NCBI GenBank assembly: GCA_051294905.1
Contig: CM119372.1
Coordinates: 31,498,001 to 31,562,000, forward strand
From: Botryllus schlosseri
Taxonomy: Eukaryota
DNA: 64,000 nucleotides
Reading direction: 5' to 3'
Of the stretch, positions 40,009-51,705 are shown one piece after another (within the stretch, counting starts at the first letter, position 1; each line of letters begins with the position of its first letter). The translations under genes and the position numbers were made by a program. The notes beneath the pieces were generated by a model. That model made no database searches and was not told the DNA's origin. It saw nothing but the letters and a program-made list of their open reading frames with translations.

Positions 40009-43000
40009 AGTTAGTTAGATTTGCATTGTAATTGCCGTATATTGGATTAGATAATCTTATGTTGCCAAATTGTTTCTTTTTCATAATTTGAACTGACAAC
40101 TCCGTACATTTATCCATCTTCTATTTATTTTTTGTTTTCATTGCATTTCATTCTTTAGTTTACTTCTTTATTATTGTTGCCTGTTACTCTGTTGTTGTTC
40201 CAACTTACCACTGTTCCACCTGTTTTTAATTTATTCTTGACGCGAGACTCTATTAAAAGACGATTTTTGTACTCCATCGCTGCAGCTGACTAGATGGTCC
40301 CTAAGGAACCGTATCGCTGCAACATGTATTTTGTTTTTGAATGTAATTTTTTTGCTCAATAAAAACTGTCTCTCTCTCTCTACCACGCGCAATGACAGTG
40401 AACATATTGTCATCATAGTGCTGTGCACAGGCAAGGTTTTCACTCAGATGCTGACCAATTGACGAAGCATATGCTTGGTAATCATCATAGCAGTCTGCTT
40501 TTGCAGCCGATTTGCACTGACGTGCGAGCTCCGTGCGATCATTTGCGCAAGTTTTTGACCGAATCAATTTTGGGATATGCTGCTTAATACGCTCAAACAA
40601 TCTTTGAGATGTACGTCCTACATACCTACTATCACAGTGGCACTTGTATTGGTAAACAACATTACTTGCATCAAAGGCAGGAAGTACATCTTTTCGAGAG
40701 TTGGGTAACAAGGGTTTCGTCGTGTACACTACATGCGTGTTAACGCTGTAATAGCAACGGTGAACAGCCGATTTAATAAGCTTTTCAAAACGGCTAGACA
40801 CGTTGCCTAGCCAAGGTAGGTGCAAAAATGCCGGGCATTTTTCTGGGCCATATTTTGGAGCTGTATCCGATTTTTTCAACACCCTAGAGATGTTGAATGG
40901 TTGTATGATTGTCATTCAACCGACAATGTGGCATATAATTTTCGAAGTAAATTGGTAATAATGCTGGAGTCGGAGTCGGGAGTCGGAGTCGGAGTCGGTT
41001 CGTTTAAAGACTCAGGAGTCGGAGTCGGAGTCGGAGTCGGTACGTTTAAAGACTCAGGAGTCGGCGTCGGTACATTGAAAATGTGTGGAGTTGGTTGTAG
41101 TCGGTTGTAAAATTTACCGACTCCACAGCCCTGGCAGGTCCCAATGTTGAGTAAAGAATTATGAAATAACGATTGGCGCATGTTTCAAGTAGAGTCATAT
41201 GAGAATAATATGAAGAGAACATAAGATTTTGCCTTCAACTTAATACAGATAATGTACTGCAAGCTGCCGCTACGAGAAACGGCAAAAACGGATCGGTTAT
41301 GATATATATCAGCAGCTGCTGCTTTTTATTGCTTCGTTGTGGAAACCGTAATGTTTTATTTGACGAGTACAAAATTTCAAATCTCTGTCTGGTGTAGGCC
41401 TACTGTTCGTCAAGCAGCAACGGTGAAACTGCGTTTGCATAACCAATCAATACACAAGTTACGAGGTAGAGTGGTGCTTAATTATCCTGCTGCGGGGTAC
41501 TGACGTGTGGAACGTGTTGGTAACCTTATATACAGCACGGCAGGTGTTCTTACAATCACACGAATGTACGTGACGTACATCGAATATCTATTTACTGTGG
41601 ATACTTCTTACGCAATGACCAGCAAAGCTAATAGGCTACTTCTGACGTAATAATGAGCAATGACATTTAAAAATCAGACTTTTGTGTTATCATGAACCTG
41701 GTATAATACATCTTCCTTGTTCACGAATGTTCAGTTTATGTCATAGTCCTTGTACAAATAAAAAGTAATCGTTCTTTTACAAAGAAATCGATTAGATATG
41801 GGAAGTAGTCGATTACGATTACGATTACTTCGGATTTTATTCGAATGTAATCGATTGCGATTACGATTACTTGAAAATGCTGTAATCGTCGTAATCGATT
41901 ACGATTACTAATCGCGATTACCCCATGTCTGGTCAATACACAGATTGACTCGAGTCGAGTCGAGTCATTTCCGTATTTTGAGAAAATGACTCGAGTCGAG
42001 TCGAGTCATCCGAAAACCCTGGTCAAGTCAAGTCAATCGATTTTCGAAGGTGACTCGAGTCAAGTCAAGTCACCCGTTTTTTGGAGGTGACTCGAGTCAA
42101 GTCGAGTCAAGTCAAGTCAAGTCACGAGTCAAGTCACAATTCAAGTCAAATTGAATTTCGAACAATGAGTGATGATTCAAAGCCATTACATTTTGCTAAG
42201 TGTCTGAAAGACAGATGAATTGGCCATTTATCTTGAGTCAAATAACGAATATAAAGTTAAATAAACATGCAAAAAGACATCGCATCGCCCACGCACACGT
42301 ACAACTGCTATTAGAATACGTGAGTAGCTGTACAGTTACATGCTACAGTCAGTTATTATCAGCCAAAATATAGGACCGAATACGAATCCTCGAGAAGTTG
42401 AAACAAATTGCATTTGTACAATAGCCTACACTACCCATCTACCCATCCGTAGGAATATAAACGCACAGACTATATTTGTTCGATTTAAATCATACAAGAG
42501 GGTTGGCAAAACTGAGTAATGCGCAACGTAAGCATTGAGCCGTCCAAGAAACAGAGACACATTACTATTAGAATAATCTACTACTGGTACGAGAACGTAA
42601 ACTGTGACCGTTTCGTTTGCGGTCAATTTATTTGTGATGCAACAATGGAGGATCAGTGTAACGTAAAATCAGTGAATGAATGATTGCTCTCACAAGTGAC
42701 ACCATCGTATCTTGAACAATCCAAACATACACAAGATTCATTGATTTAATCGTCACTGTTTACTTGATGACTTGAAATTGACTCGTAAATTTTGCTCCGA
42801 GTCACGAGTCAATGCAGATTTCTGAAGCTCCGAGTCAAGTCAAGTCAAGTCATTTTTGCAAAGTGACTCGAGTCAAGTCTAGTCATACGAAAAAGTTGAC
42901 TCGAGTCATCCCAACACTGCTAATTTGTAATCTGTAATTCGTAATCGTATACCGGAATGTGAGAATCAAGCTTGTGATCTGTATACACTAAAACTTAAGC

Positions 43001-43230
43001 AGCCTGGGGGCTTGTAGTATGCCAATTCCACAAATTGGTGGACGGATTGCACTCCCGCATCGTGTGTCCTGTTATTGTTTTGCGAGCACAGTCGACTTTC
43101 ACGAACCTTGCTGCATACATCGCCGTTGGTTTTAGTTGTTTTGAATAGAAGAATTATGGTAATTTTCTAACTTGAGTAATGCAGAGTGCGCTGAGTTTAG
43201 AAAACGCGCCATTGAACACCACGCCATAAC

Positions 43231-43671
43231 TAGGGTTGCAATCAAAATAAAAATCAATTCAAACAGACATGTTTAAAACAAGACCCTGGTTTAAAACATG
43301 TATTTTTTATTGTTTTTTTTATCATTACGTCACTAAAAATCAAATGTGACGGCAGAGTGGCTTGACATTGACAATTGATAATATAGGGTGAATATAGCTC
43401 CTTTGACGAAATATCTACGTACTATAGCTGTTGAACCGACGATTTTGAAGGTTCCAACCGTCCCATATCGTATACGTCGGCTATCTCAGGTGGTAATTGT
43501 CCGCAGGCTCAAAAAACATGTTTTTGGAAATTATTCACACAATTATGGCATACTTTTACAACTTAAAAATAAACACAATTTTTTTTTCAAACGACCTTTG
43601 TTTAAACCACTGTTTAAAACATGTTTTAAACAAAGTGCTTTTAACAAATATTTGTTTAAGATGCAGCCCTA
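43231..43671. mobile_element. hAT MITE family T
   Basis: TAGGGTTGCA / TGCAGCCCTA ends, degenerate TSD GCCATAAC/GCCACTAC. Confidence 0.72.
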
Positions 43672-44654
43672 GCCACTACACAATGTACGGTTCGGGAGGC
43701 ACGACAGAGGAAAAGCTAAGAAAATTACTGGTACCGCATATGTTGTCAGAGTGGGCCTAGAACCTAATCATATTCCGTAACATATATGGTATCACATTGC
43801 GGCGGGCAATATACTCCGAAGTACCTATCATTGGGTGTGCAAGTGAAGTCAGGTATGGACTAAAGGGTTTGGTCAATACATTTTTCCTGCTTTTTCAAAC
43901 ATATATATGTTTTTTTAAACATTAACTTTTATTCGCCCCGTTATCACAACAAATTAGGACCTTTGTCGGATCTGCAATATTCCTCATAATCCCATGAACT
44001 GAGCATGAGAGGATTATTAGGCTGAATTTCACCAACGACCTGACACTCGGGGGAGATAGCGTAGTGGTGAGCGTCGGCGCCCGAATTCAAGTCCTCGTCA
44101 AGATCCTCGCCCTCGGTGTCGCTGTTCTTATGGCGACAAAAAAAAGCAGAAAAAGACCCGATGACGAATGAAAGAAAGCAGTGTCGGGATCAAGTCACTA
44201 TACCTTCGAGTCACAAGTCATCTCGAGTCATTGCACATTTTCAGTCGAGTTAAGTCAAGTCAATCAATTTTCGTAGGTGACTCGAGTCATGTCGAGTAAA
44301 TTCAAGTTAAATCAAGTCAAGTCGAGTCGAGTCGAGTCAAGTCAAGTCACGAGTCAAGTCACAATTCAAGTCAAGTTGCCTTTTCAGAGTACGAGGCAAG
44401 ATTATAAGATACGTCGTTGCGTTTAACTAGCTGTTTGAAATACAGACTGAGTGGTCATTTATTTTGAATCGAACAACTAATCTTGATGAGTATTATAAAC
44501 TATAATAGAATTCCATTTAAATCAAAGAAGAGGTTTGGTTAAGGAGAGAACAGAGCACAATGAGCACTCGAGCAGTCTATGGAACTGATAATGAGATAAA
44601 TATTTCGCTATTAGATTACGTTACTACTAGTTTGCGACAACGTAAGCAGCAAGT

Positions 44655-46209
44655 GCCGAGGTAGCGTAGTGGTATAATCCACAGCTGCACTGCCAATGGG
44701 TTGCGGGTTCGAGTCCGATCGTTGTTGACTCCAGCATTCCTAGAAAGTGTTGGAGGTTTATCTAGGCTCCTCCTCGCCATATCATCCGTGTAAGCGGTGT
44801 TTGTAAAAGCTAGGGTTGGATTATCCGGATAACGGTTAACCGGTTAACCGGTTAACCGCAGGTATTTTCACTATCTGATATCCGGATATTTTTCTGCCGG
44901 TTAACCGGATAAAAAAGAATCGTTGCTAATGCATTTTACACGTTTTAGTAAGCTTCAATAAGTCGCATTCAGTGTTGGCGCGGCCGATTAACGAGAATTA
45001 GCGAAATGCGTCTGTACACATTGCACAATGTAATGTGACGCGATCTCCTGCTGAGAAGATCGTTAAATTAGGTCATTGATTGCCGCGCGCTCGGCTATCG
45101 TCTCTGGCCTGATTTATCGCGTCTTCAACAAGCCGATAGTCCCACTGGATTGAAGAATCGCATCTGCAATAGGCCATGTGCAGTGTACACACTATTTCAT
45201 CGCTGGCCTGCACAATCGCATCTTCATTGGCTTGGTGCTCACGATATTATCGTTGACCTACACAATCGCATCTGCAATAGGCCTACGAACGATATAATCG
45301 CTGGCCTAACCATCTCGGACCCAGCATGCATTGGCTCCTATCTCTCCATGGCTTGTTGACGATATGCCGTTAAGTGTATTCTAATTAGTGATTCTGAGAG
45401 TGACACCGCGAAACTGAATGACATCGAATGTTCGCAAAAATGTGCGTGCGTGCAAGCGTAATTGATTTCCGCTGATGATTAAATCGAAAAAAAAGATCGA
45501 ATCCCCCTGATTTTATTTCAATCCCCCTACATTTTCGGCTGGCTGCGTGCCTGATCACGTGAATTAGAGCGAGGTATCATGTCGGCATCAATTCCAGTAT
45601 CAGCTAGTCGTCTTTCTAGTACTCCAAACCTAAACATAAGGATGGTCAAAAGGATGTAAAGCCGTTGAAGTTTCCGGCGTACGACCTGCCAACCTTTTGA
45701 CTCTCTACGAAGCGCTGCTTTCTATTCAGCCCACTTCTGTGGAAGCTGAAAAAGCATTCAATGAACGTGGACTCTTTGTTACAAAATTCCGGTCCCGGCT
45801 ACAGGATCCCACAATTGATGCATCTGTGCTTTATAAAGAGGGCATTGCAGAAGCAGTGAACATTAAATTTGCGTGGTTTTTCTCGTATTCGCTCATACTG
45901 CGCGCGTAGGTAGGTACTCTACAATAACACTGTGTAATGATTTTGCGATCCGTTTTACATGCAGACCTAATGAAATCGATTGTCTCACTTAGCAGTTATT
46001 ATCCGGTTAACCGGTTAGATAAATTCCAAAATATCCGGATATATCCGTTATCCGGATAGTGAAAATTATTGATATCCGAACTAACCCTAGTAAAAGCCTA
46101 GAAGTGGGCCGTGTTAAGTCGGCAGTTACGGAATAAAAATGAAGAAATTGACCTTGTGTAGCCTATATGACCATAGTAGTCGACAGACACCATGAATACT
46201 TTTTAAAAA
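44655..46209 (+). mobile_element. tRNA-derived SINE interrupted by a hAT element
   Basis: A box TAGCGTAGTGG, B box GGTTCGAGTCC. The body continues after 46097. TSD AACGTAAGC(A/T)G(C/T)AAG. Confidence 0.8.
44811..46089 (+). mobile_element. hAT deletion derivative with a dimerisation-domain relic (~45697-45830)
   Basis: TAGGGTT / AACCCTA ends, TSD GTAAAAGC, LLSIQPTSVEAEKAF...RSRL motif, GGTTAACC/ATCCGGAT subterminal palindromes. Confidence 0.85.
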
Positions 46210-46803
46210 AACGTAAGCTGTAAGCTCCGATCACTTCGTTTACGGTCAATTTATTTGCGATAGAACAATGGTGGCTCAGTAAAACGTAGGTCGTACAATC
46301 ATTGAAAGATTGGTCGCTCTCACAGGTTGCACCAGCGTTTCGCGACCAGTCCGAACATATGCAGTAGATACAGTGACTTTTATCGACAGCTATTAGTTGA
46401 TGACTTGAAATTGAATCGTAAATCTTGCTTCGAGTCACGAAGTCCACAGTCCACATTTCTGAAACGTCGAGTCAAATTAAGTCAAGCCATTTTTGCAAAC
46501 TGACTCGCGTCAAGTCAAGTCATACGAAAAAGGTGACTCGAGTCTGAGAAAAACATAAAAATATTTTATCCAAGGTCCCAATTTCGGTTTCATATTCCCT
46601 ATTGCCCTTTGCTCTTTGCCCAATCTCCTTTTTTACAAGATCTAAATGGGCACCGTATCAGCAAAACTAAATATGTCACTTAATGAGATCAAACTTGGTT
46701 GGAGACATCGTTCAGACTGTGGAAAATCTAGGTTACATTCATGATTTTGATTGAGGATGCTGATTTTCTTGTATTAAGATTAGCAAATATATAAGACCTA
46801 CAA

Positions 46804-47625
46804 CAGTGGTTCTCAACCGGGGGTCCTCGAAGCATTTTTAGGGGGTCCGTGAAGCCTCCAAATTTGCAAAATGGTTGATAACCTAATTTGTATTTTTTAA
46901 ATTAAATAAATCACTAGACAGTTTCGCTTCTTAACTGTTAAAATCTCATAACTCGTATAATCAGAATGACCGTCTAAAATGAAATATTCTACTGTGCAAC
47001 TCATTTTAATTTCCTAACTGCCTAATTTACTAATAGCCTGCTTATACAAACATATTGCTCTTTAGAGATGTTTTCTTCAGGTTTTGGATAAAATCTGTTT
47101 GCAAAAATCGATTTACGCCTGTGATATTAGTGCAGAATAACAATAAGAGGAGCTGCTAGATAGAAATGATAATGGTGGACGTTATATGTTCACTAAAATT
47201 CTTGTATCTCAATTTTGATGTCATACAGGTTGCGATCATGCTCAAAGGTGTCGTCGGAAGCGTTGTGCGGTATTATTACATTCGCCACCACCTATCTTTG
47301 TGGAAATGGATTTTCGGCACTAGTTCATATCTAATAGACGACGCATATTTTCCAGACACGACCGCGTCGAGAAATCTCGCTTTGAATTGATGAAAGTGTT
47401 CCCCATTTCTACATAAATAGTAGGCAATGAATCATAGCCCATAATGTCATTTTCAAGAATGGTCATTTTGTTGCTGTTGACCACTAGCCACCAGCTGATA
47501 TTTGCACATGACAGATGCCGATTCCCCGGTAATAGAGCTTAATTTGAACTAAATCTTTGGGTTTCCGTGGGGGTCCGTGACGCTCCGAAAGGGGTCTGCG
47601 AACACAAAAAGGTTGAGAGCCACTG
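46804..47625. mobile_element. hAT MITE family M (uninterrupted reference copy)
   Basis: TIR CAGTGGTTCTCAACC / GGTTGAGAGCCACTG, TSD ACCTACAA. Confidence 0.88.
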
Positions 47626-50600
47626 ACCTACAAGGTGAGCTGATTGAGTTTGCGTAATGTTTCATATCACATTAGCCATCTTCACACGTAGGCAATCTAG
47701 GCCACTCCTCTCGATCTGTTCCATGTTATCACTATTGTTAATATTATTAATGAGTAGGTCAAGTTTTTGTTGCACTGAAATTGAGAGAAAGTTTCACTTA
47801 ATTTTGACAAAAGTTGCAGTAAAAAGTTGCATTTATAATTTTTGTTGAATTTGAAGAATATGAGATACTCGAAAGGTTCCGTTGTGTAGCCTAGGTCCTG
47901 CAGAGCTGTCAAATTTGTTACTTTGCCATTTCACAGACATTCTGGCGAGACCGCCAAAAATTATATATTTTCCCGGTACACAGCAAGAAAATTACGCAAT
48001 GCGGAAATAATACTCCCCAAAAAGCCAAACAGCATAGCGATAACCACCTACCTTAGAACAAGTCATATAACACACCCCAAACTCCTTTGGTCTGCAAACT
48101 TGGCCCAAGGCGTGACAGAAAAACGCACTATTGGCGACTTTAACTAAATCAGTAGCCTGAATAAGGTGACCCAGTGACGATGTAGCTTTCGGCGGTCTCG
48201 CCTGGGCGTTCCTGAAATGGGAAACTATCTCAAATTTAAACGACAGAATTAATAAAACGATCTATTTACATATTGTTAGGAAATGGTCGTGCTGGGCAGG
48301 GGTAGTTGGACTTTTTACATGCAAGCCATTGTGTCATAGATAACAGTGAGATGCAGCTAACCCATCATATATCTCCTTGTTTTGCAAATCAAAGAGTAGA
48401 ACCATACTAGAAATAATTTATATCATGATTTTAAATCATTTCTTCACACTTTGACGAATCATTTGATAAAAGTTGCAGTAAAAGTTGGTATGAAAAATTG
48501 AAAAAAGTTGCAAAAAGTTGCACTATAAAATACCCCCAAACAGCTTAAAACATCATAGTACATAGTTTCTGAGTATCTAGGAAGCTGTCGGAAGCCGTAA
48601 AATAAGTCGCAAAAGTTGCAAAAACTTGCCTTAAGAATGAGTTTTCAGTGGCGCCATAAAGGCCACAAACAACGAAAACGCAGGCTATGTAAGTAGCTGT
48701 TTATATATCACGATTTTAACGAAGCTATTATGGACGGAAAATACATCACAGCTGTATCAGCAAGGGAATGTATTTGCTCCGCATTACGTACTGGCCATCG
48801 CTACTATACAATTCATACAGTACTGACAGTTGCCGAAATAGCGCGTTTCACTGTGCTGTGATTGTCCGATTGTTAGCGAATAGTGAGTGAGACAGATTCG
48901 ATTCTGCTTCACCTGACAATTGTTTCTCTGCGGTGCCATTGTTCGTAATAAAGTCGAATTTTACTATCCTTTGCGATTTTGAGGGAATTCCAGTGCTCTA
49001 AGGTGGTTAACATTCGGATTTTCGGAATATGGGCGACAATAGCATTTGATAGATACCACTTATTACTAATTATGAACTGTTTATGATGAATTGCATTGTC
49101 GCAGGTGAGGCACGACCTGCCCGCGTGCCTCACCTCCTTTCGCCCTGTATTTTTTAACAATAAATTTGAAAATTGGTGATGTTGGATGAAAAAATAGTCC
49201 AATTTACTTATTCATGGGCATCGCCGGTAAATATAAATAATCATAGAGGGTTTTCACAATTCTCCTTACTCATCCAGGCGACAGGTGAGGCACTGCATCA
49301 CTTGCCTCTTCTGACCGCACGCCACTGGTACATCATGTGACAGTCTTGACCAGATCAAAATAAAATCCGACGAATATTGGTTGATTGATCATAGATATAC
49401 ACTGACGTAGTAACGTCATTTTGTCTGAAATGATAGTTCGTTTAAGGTTTTAGAGGAGCTTCGACTCATTTGTTTGGATCAGTTGGAATGTGCTTCTGAG
49501 CCGTGATGCTACCATGCATGCATTGTGACGATGTCTGTGAGAAATACTATACTCCACCTAATTCTATGAGCTAAAAAGTAGTTTTCGCATTACCGTAAAA
49601 AGAATTTATTGTTGTGTCACTATACGTTCTTGCTTAATTCATATTACCAAAGGAGTTCGACTTGTTACATCATAAATGTGACAGAATCACCAGGAAAAAT
49701 CCATGACGCGTGGAACGTGTTGCATAAAGTCACGACGTGCATTCTGCAATCCGTGGCCAGTCGCCTTCGATACTTTGCCTAAACGTCAGACAAGAATCTA
49801 ACGCTTATGCAGTTTCAGCGTGGAATAGTTACGTATCACGCATACAGAAAATACCTACAAGTAGGCTACCTACAATTATACGAAAGTATAATTTCTTGCA
49901 TCCCGACAAGTAAGCAGGTGTACGGTACCCGCGCTCACCTGCGTGCGCTTTACTGTAACTAAACCGCCGTGTGTATCGCAAGGCAGATGCTTCATTATAC
50001 CGACTGACAGATATATTGAATTCCCTGCTTGATCGCGTCGGGGAAGTGATACGTGTCAATATTTTCGCAAAGCGGTATGATTATAAAGCGATGAGTTATT
50101 ACCGCGACAGCACAGAGCTGAGTTAGAGTGGAAGGTAACAGTCGCTAGTTTGAATACGATGGTATTCTGAGCCAAATGGTTTCTGCCAGAAATCTTCTCA
50201 AACCACATCATATTTAGAGCACAATACCCCTTTGACAAGTTGATATAATTACACTGGACAACAATTTTGAACGAAAAATTTGTTAAATTGTTAACTTTGA
50301 TTTTGCACTTGCTATAGGCTAATTTTGGCGTGCTGATTCTGCCACTGGTTTTCTTCTATCACGTCAAATTTTTTCTCTATGCAAATAATATGCAAATTTT
50401 CACGATTTTGGCCAGATTACTTTTCCATACCACTAAAAATCCACACTTTTACCATATAATAAGTTTTATAGCCAAGGGCTCAATTAAATTATTAAGGGAA
50501 AATGTACTGGTATCGATCGAGGCCAGTGGTTCTCAACCGGGGGTCCACGAAGCATTTTCAGGGGGTCCGCGAAGCCTCAAAATAGTTGATATGCTGATTT

Positions 50601-51705
50601 GTATTTTTTTAAATTCGGAAAATCGCGAGGCAGTTTCGCTTCATTACTAGTAAAACTCCAGGGCTCATATCAACAAAATGGCAGTCAGAGAAAAAATATT
50701 CTTCTGTGCAGACTCATTCTAATTGCTAAATAGCAGTGGCGGCTCGTGACAATATTGGGTGGTGGGGCAAGGGCTGCAAGCGACTTTTTATCAAGATGAC
50801 GTCACAATCGCGTTTTCCAACGTAAACAAGTAACTTAATGATGGTACGGTAACATGAATTTCCCGGCAACAGTGATTTTAACGTATGTGCCACGAGAGGT
50901 CCGCCGGTGAGCTGTGACTTGAAGTGTGGTAACTGCGTAAACGGCATACGGAACAAAGATTCAACACGGTTCATGTTAGCACTAGACCTGACTAATTATC
51001 TGCAGAAATGGAAATGACTATTCCTCGAGAGATAGCGTAAGCCTAATTGGAAAGGTCAACGAGTTCGGACAGATACACAATTGTTATCTCATAGATTGGG
51101 TCTGTCATATTGAATCCAAAACATCATTATGAAGAACTAAGAATAGCAGCCTCGGAAATTCGGTCTCGGTACAGCATAGGAGATTTTGGTCTTGAAACGG
51201 GACACTGTAACACGACACATACGGCTTTATTACTGTCTATAGGTCTACTGCGAAATCGCCTTTGGAAAATATATTACCGAATAAATACGTGGATGAAAGC
51301 CTTAAACTTAGTCCGCTGTTACATGACATCATCGAGAAGTGGCCTCATGGCCCTTTTCGGTATGGTACACTGTCAAAATTAATGCGAACAGACCAACACC
51401 GAATTTTGCGCAAAATTTACTGAGGAACAGGCTGATCAAGTGATCAGCTGTTAGCCGCCATCGAAAACGAAATAGCTATCGCGCTTGACAGGGGGTTGTA
51501 AGCATATGGCTTGAAGACCGCAATTTCACGGCGAAATTGACATTGGAGAATATAATATTAAAGTAAATATTTGAATGCAAACTGAGAATGATATCATCAT
51601 CTCAGTTAACGTTACCGCAGATACACCGGCTTTTGCGTGAAATCCGCAATGTGTTGTAGGCTAAAGCAGTGCTCTTCAACCGGGGTTGTCGTACACCCTA
51701 GGATG

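Larger units (their letters stand above)
35964..40379 (+). mobile_element. Intact CR1-group (Crack/Daphne/L2-like) LINE
   Basis: ORF1 plus ORF2, a 3' UTR stem-loop (GCAGC...GCTGC), AATAAA and a (TC)n tail, and a tandem TTGGAGTATTTGGTTGT repeat at the 5' end. Confidence 0.92.
35582..40889 (-). mobile_element. 5'-truncated Penelope-like element (RT C-terminus plus GIY-YIG endonuclease), split by a LINE
   Basis: SNVVYQYKCHCDSRYVGRTSQRLFERIKQH (GIY-YIG) at 40380-40889. The frame resumes at 35963-35856 (RSVFHLKVLESTIIQLSKPILCRQKDFLYNLQISH*). TSD-like ATGTTTAATG/ATGTTGAATG. Confidence 0.85.
33754..41133. mobile_element. hAT family G copy 2, layer 4 of nest 1
   Basis: TIR as in the copy at 10621, TSD GCAGGTCC. 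Collinear with 10621-12674 except for the insertion at 35582-40889. Confidence 0.9.
32626..41931. mobile_element. hAT MITE with CGATTA repeats, layer 3 of nest 1
   Basis: TIR CAGACATGGGGT / ACCCCATGTCTG, TSD GTCAATAC. Confidence 0.88.
32173..42021. mobile_element. hAT MITE (inverted copy of 13008-13593), layer 2 of nest 1
   Basis: CAGGGTT...AACCCTG ends, TSD GTCAAGTC. Confidence 0.85.
32097..42919. mobile_element. hAT MITE family S (GAGTCAA repeats), outermost layer of nest 1
   Basis: TIR CAGTGTTGGG / CCCAACACTG, TSD CTAATTTG. Related copy at 44179-~46545. Confidence 0.88.
44179..46545. mobile_element. hAT MITE family S copy (3' end eroded) containing a SINE and a hAT insertion
   Basis: Start CAGTGTCGGGATCAAGTCAC is similar to 32097. 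Distal part is similar to ~42600-42910. Confidence 0.75.

Noticed and set aside
44655..44730. tRNA gene candidates (also ~30760-30826, ~44050-44115, ~54920-54987)
   Set aside because: A/B-box-like heads are present but no convincing cloverleaf. Three of them continue into a shared SINE body with a tail, and the ~44050 one looks like a different SINE-like head.
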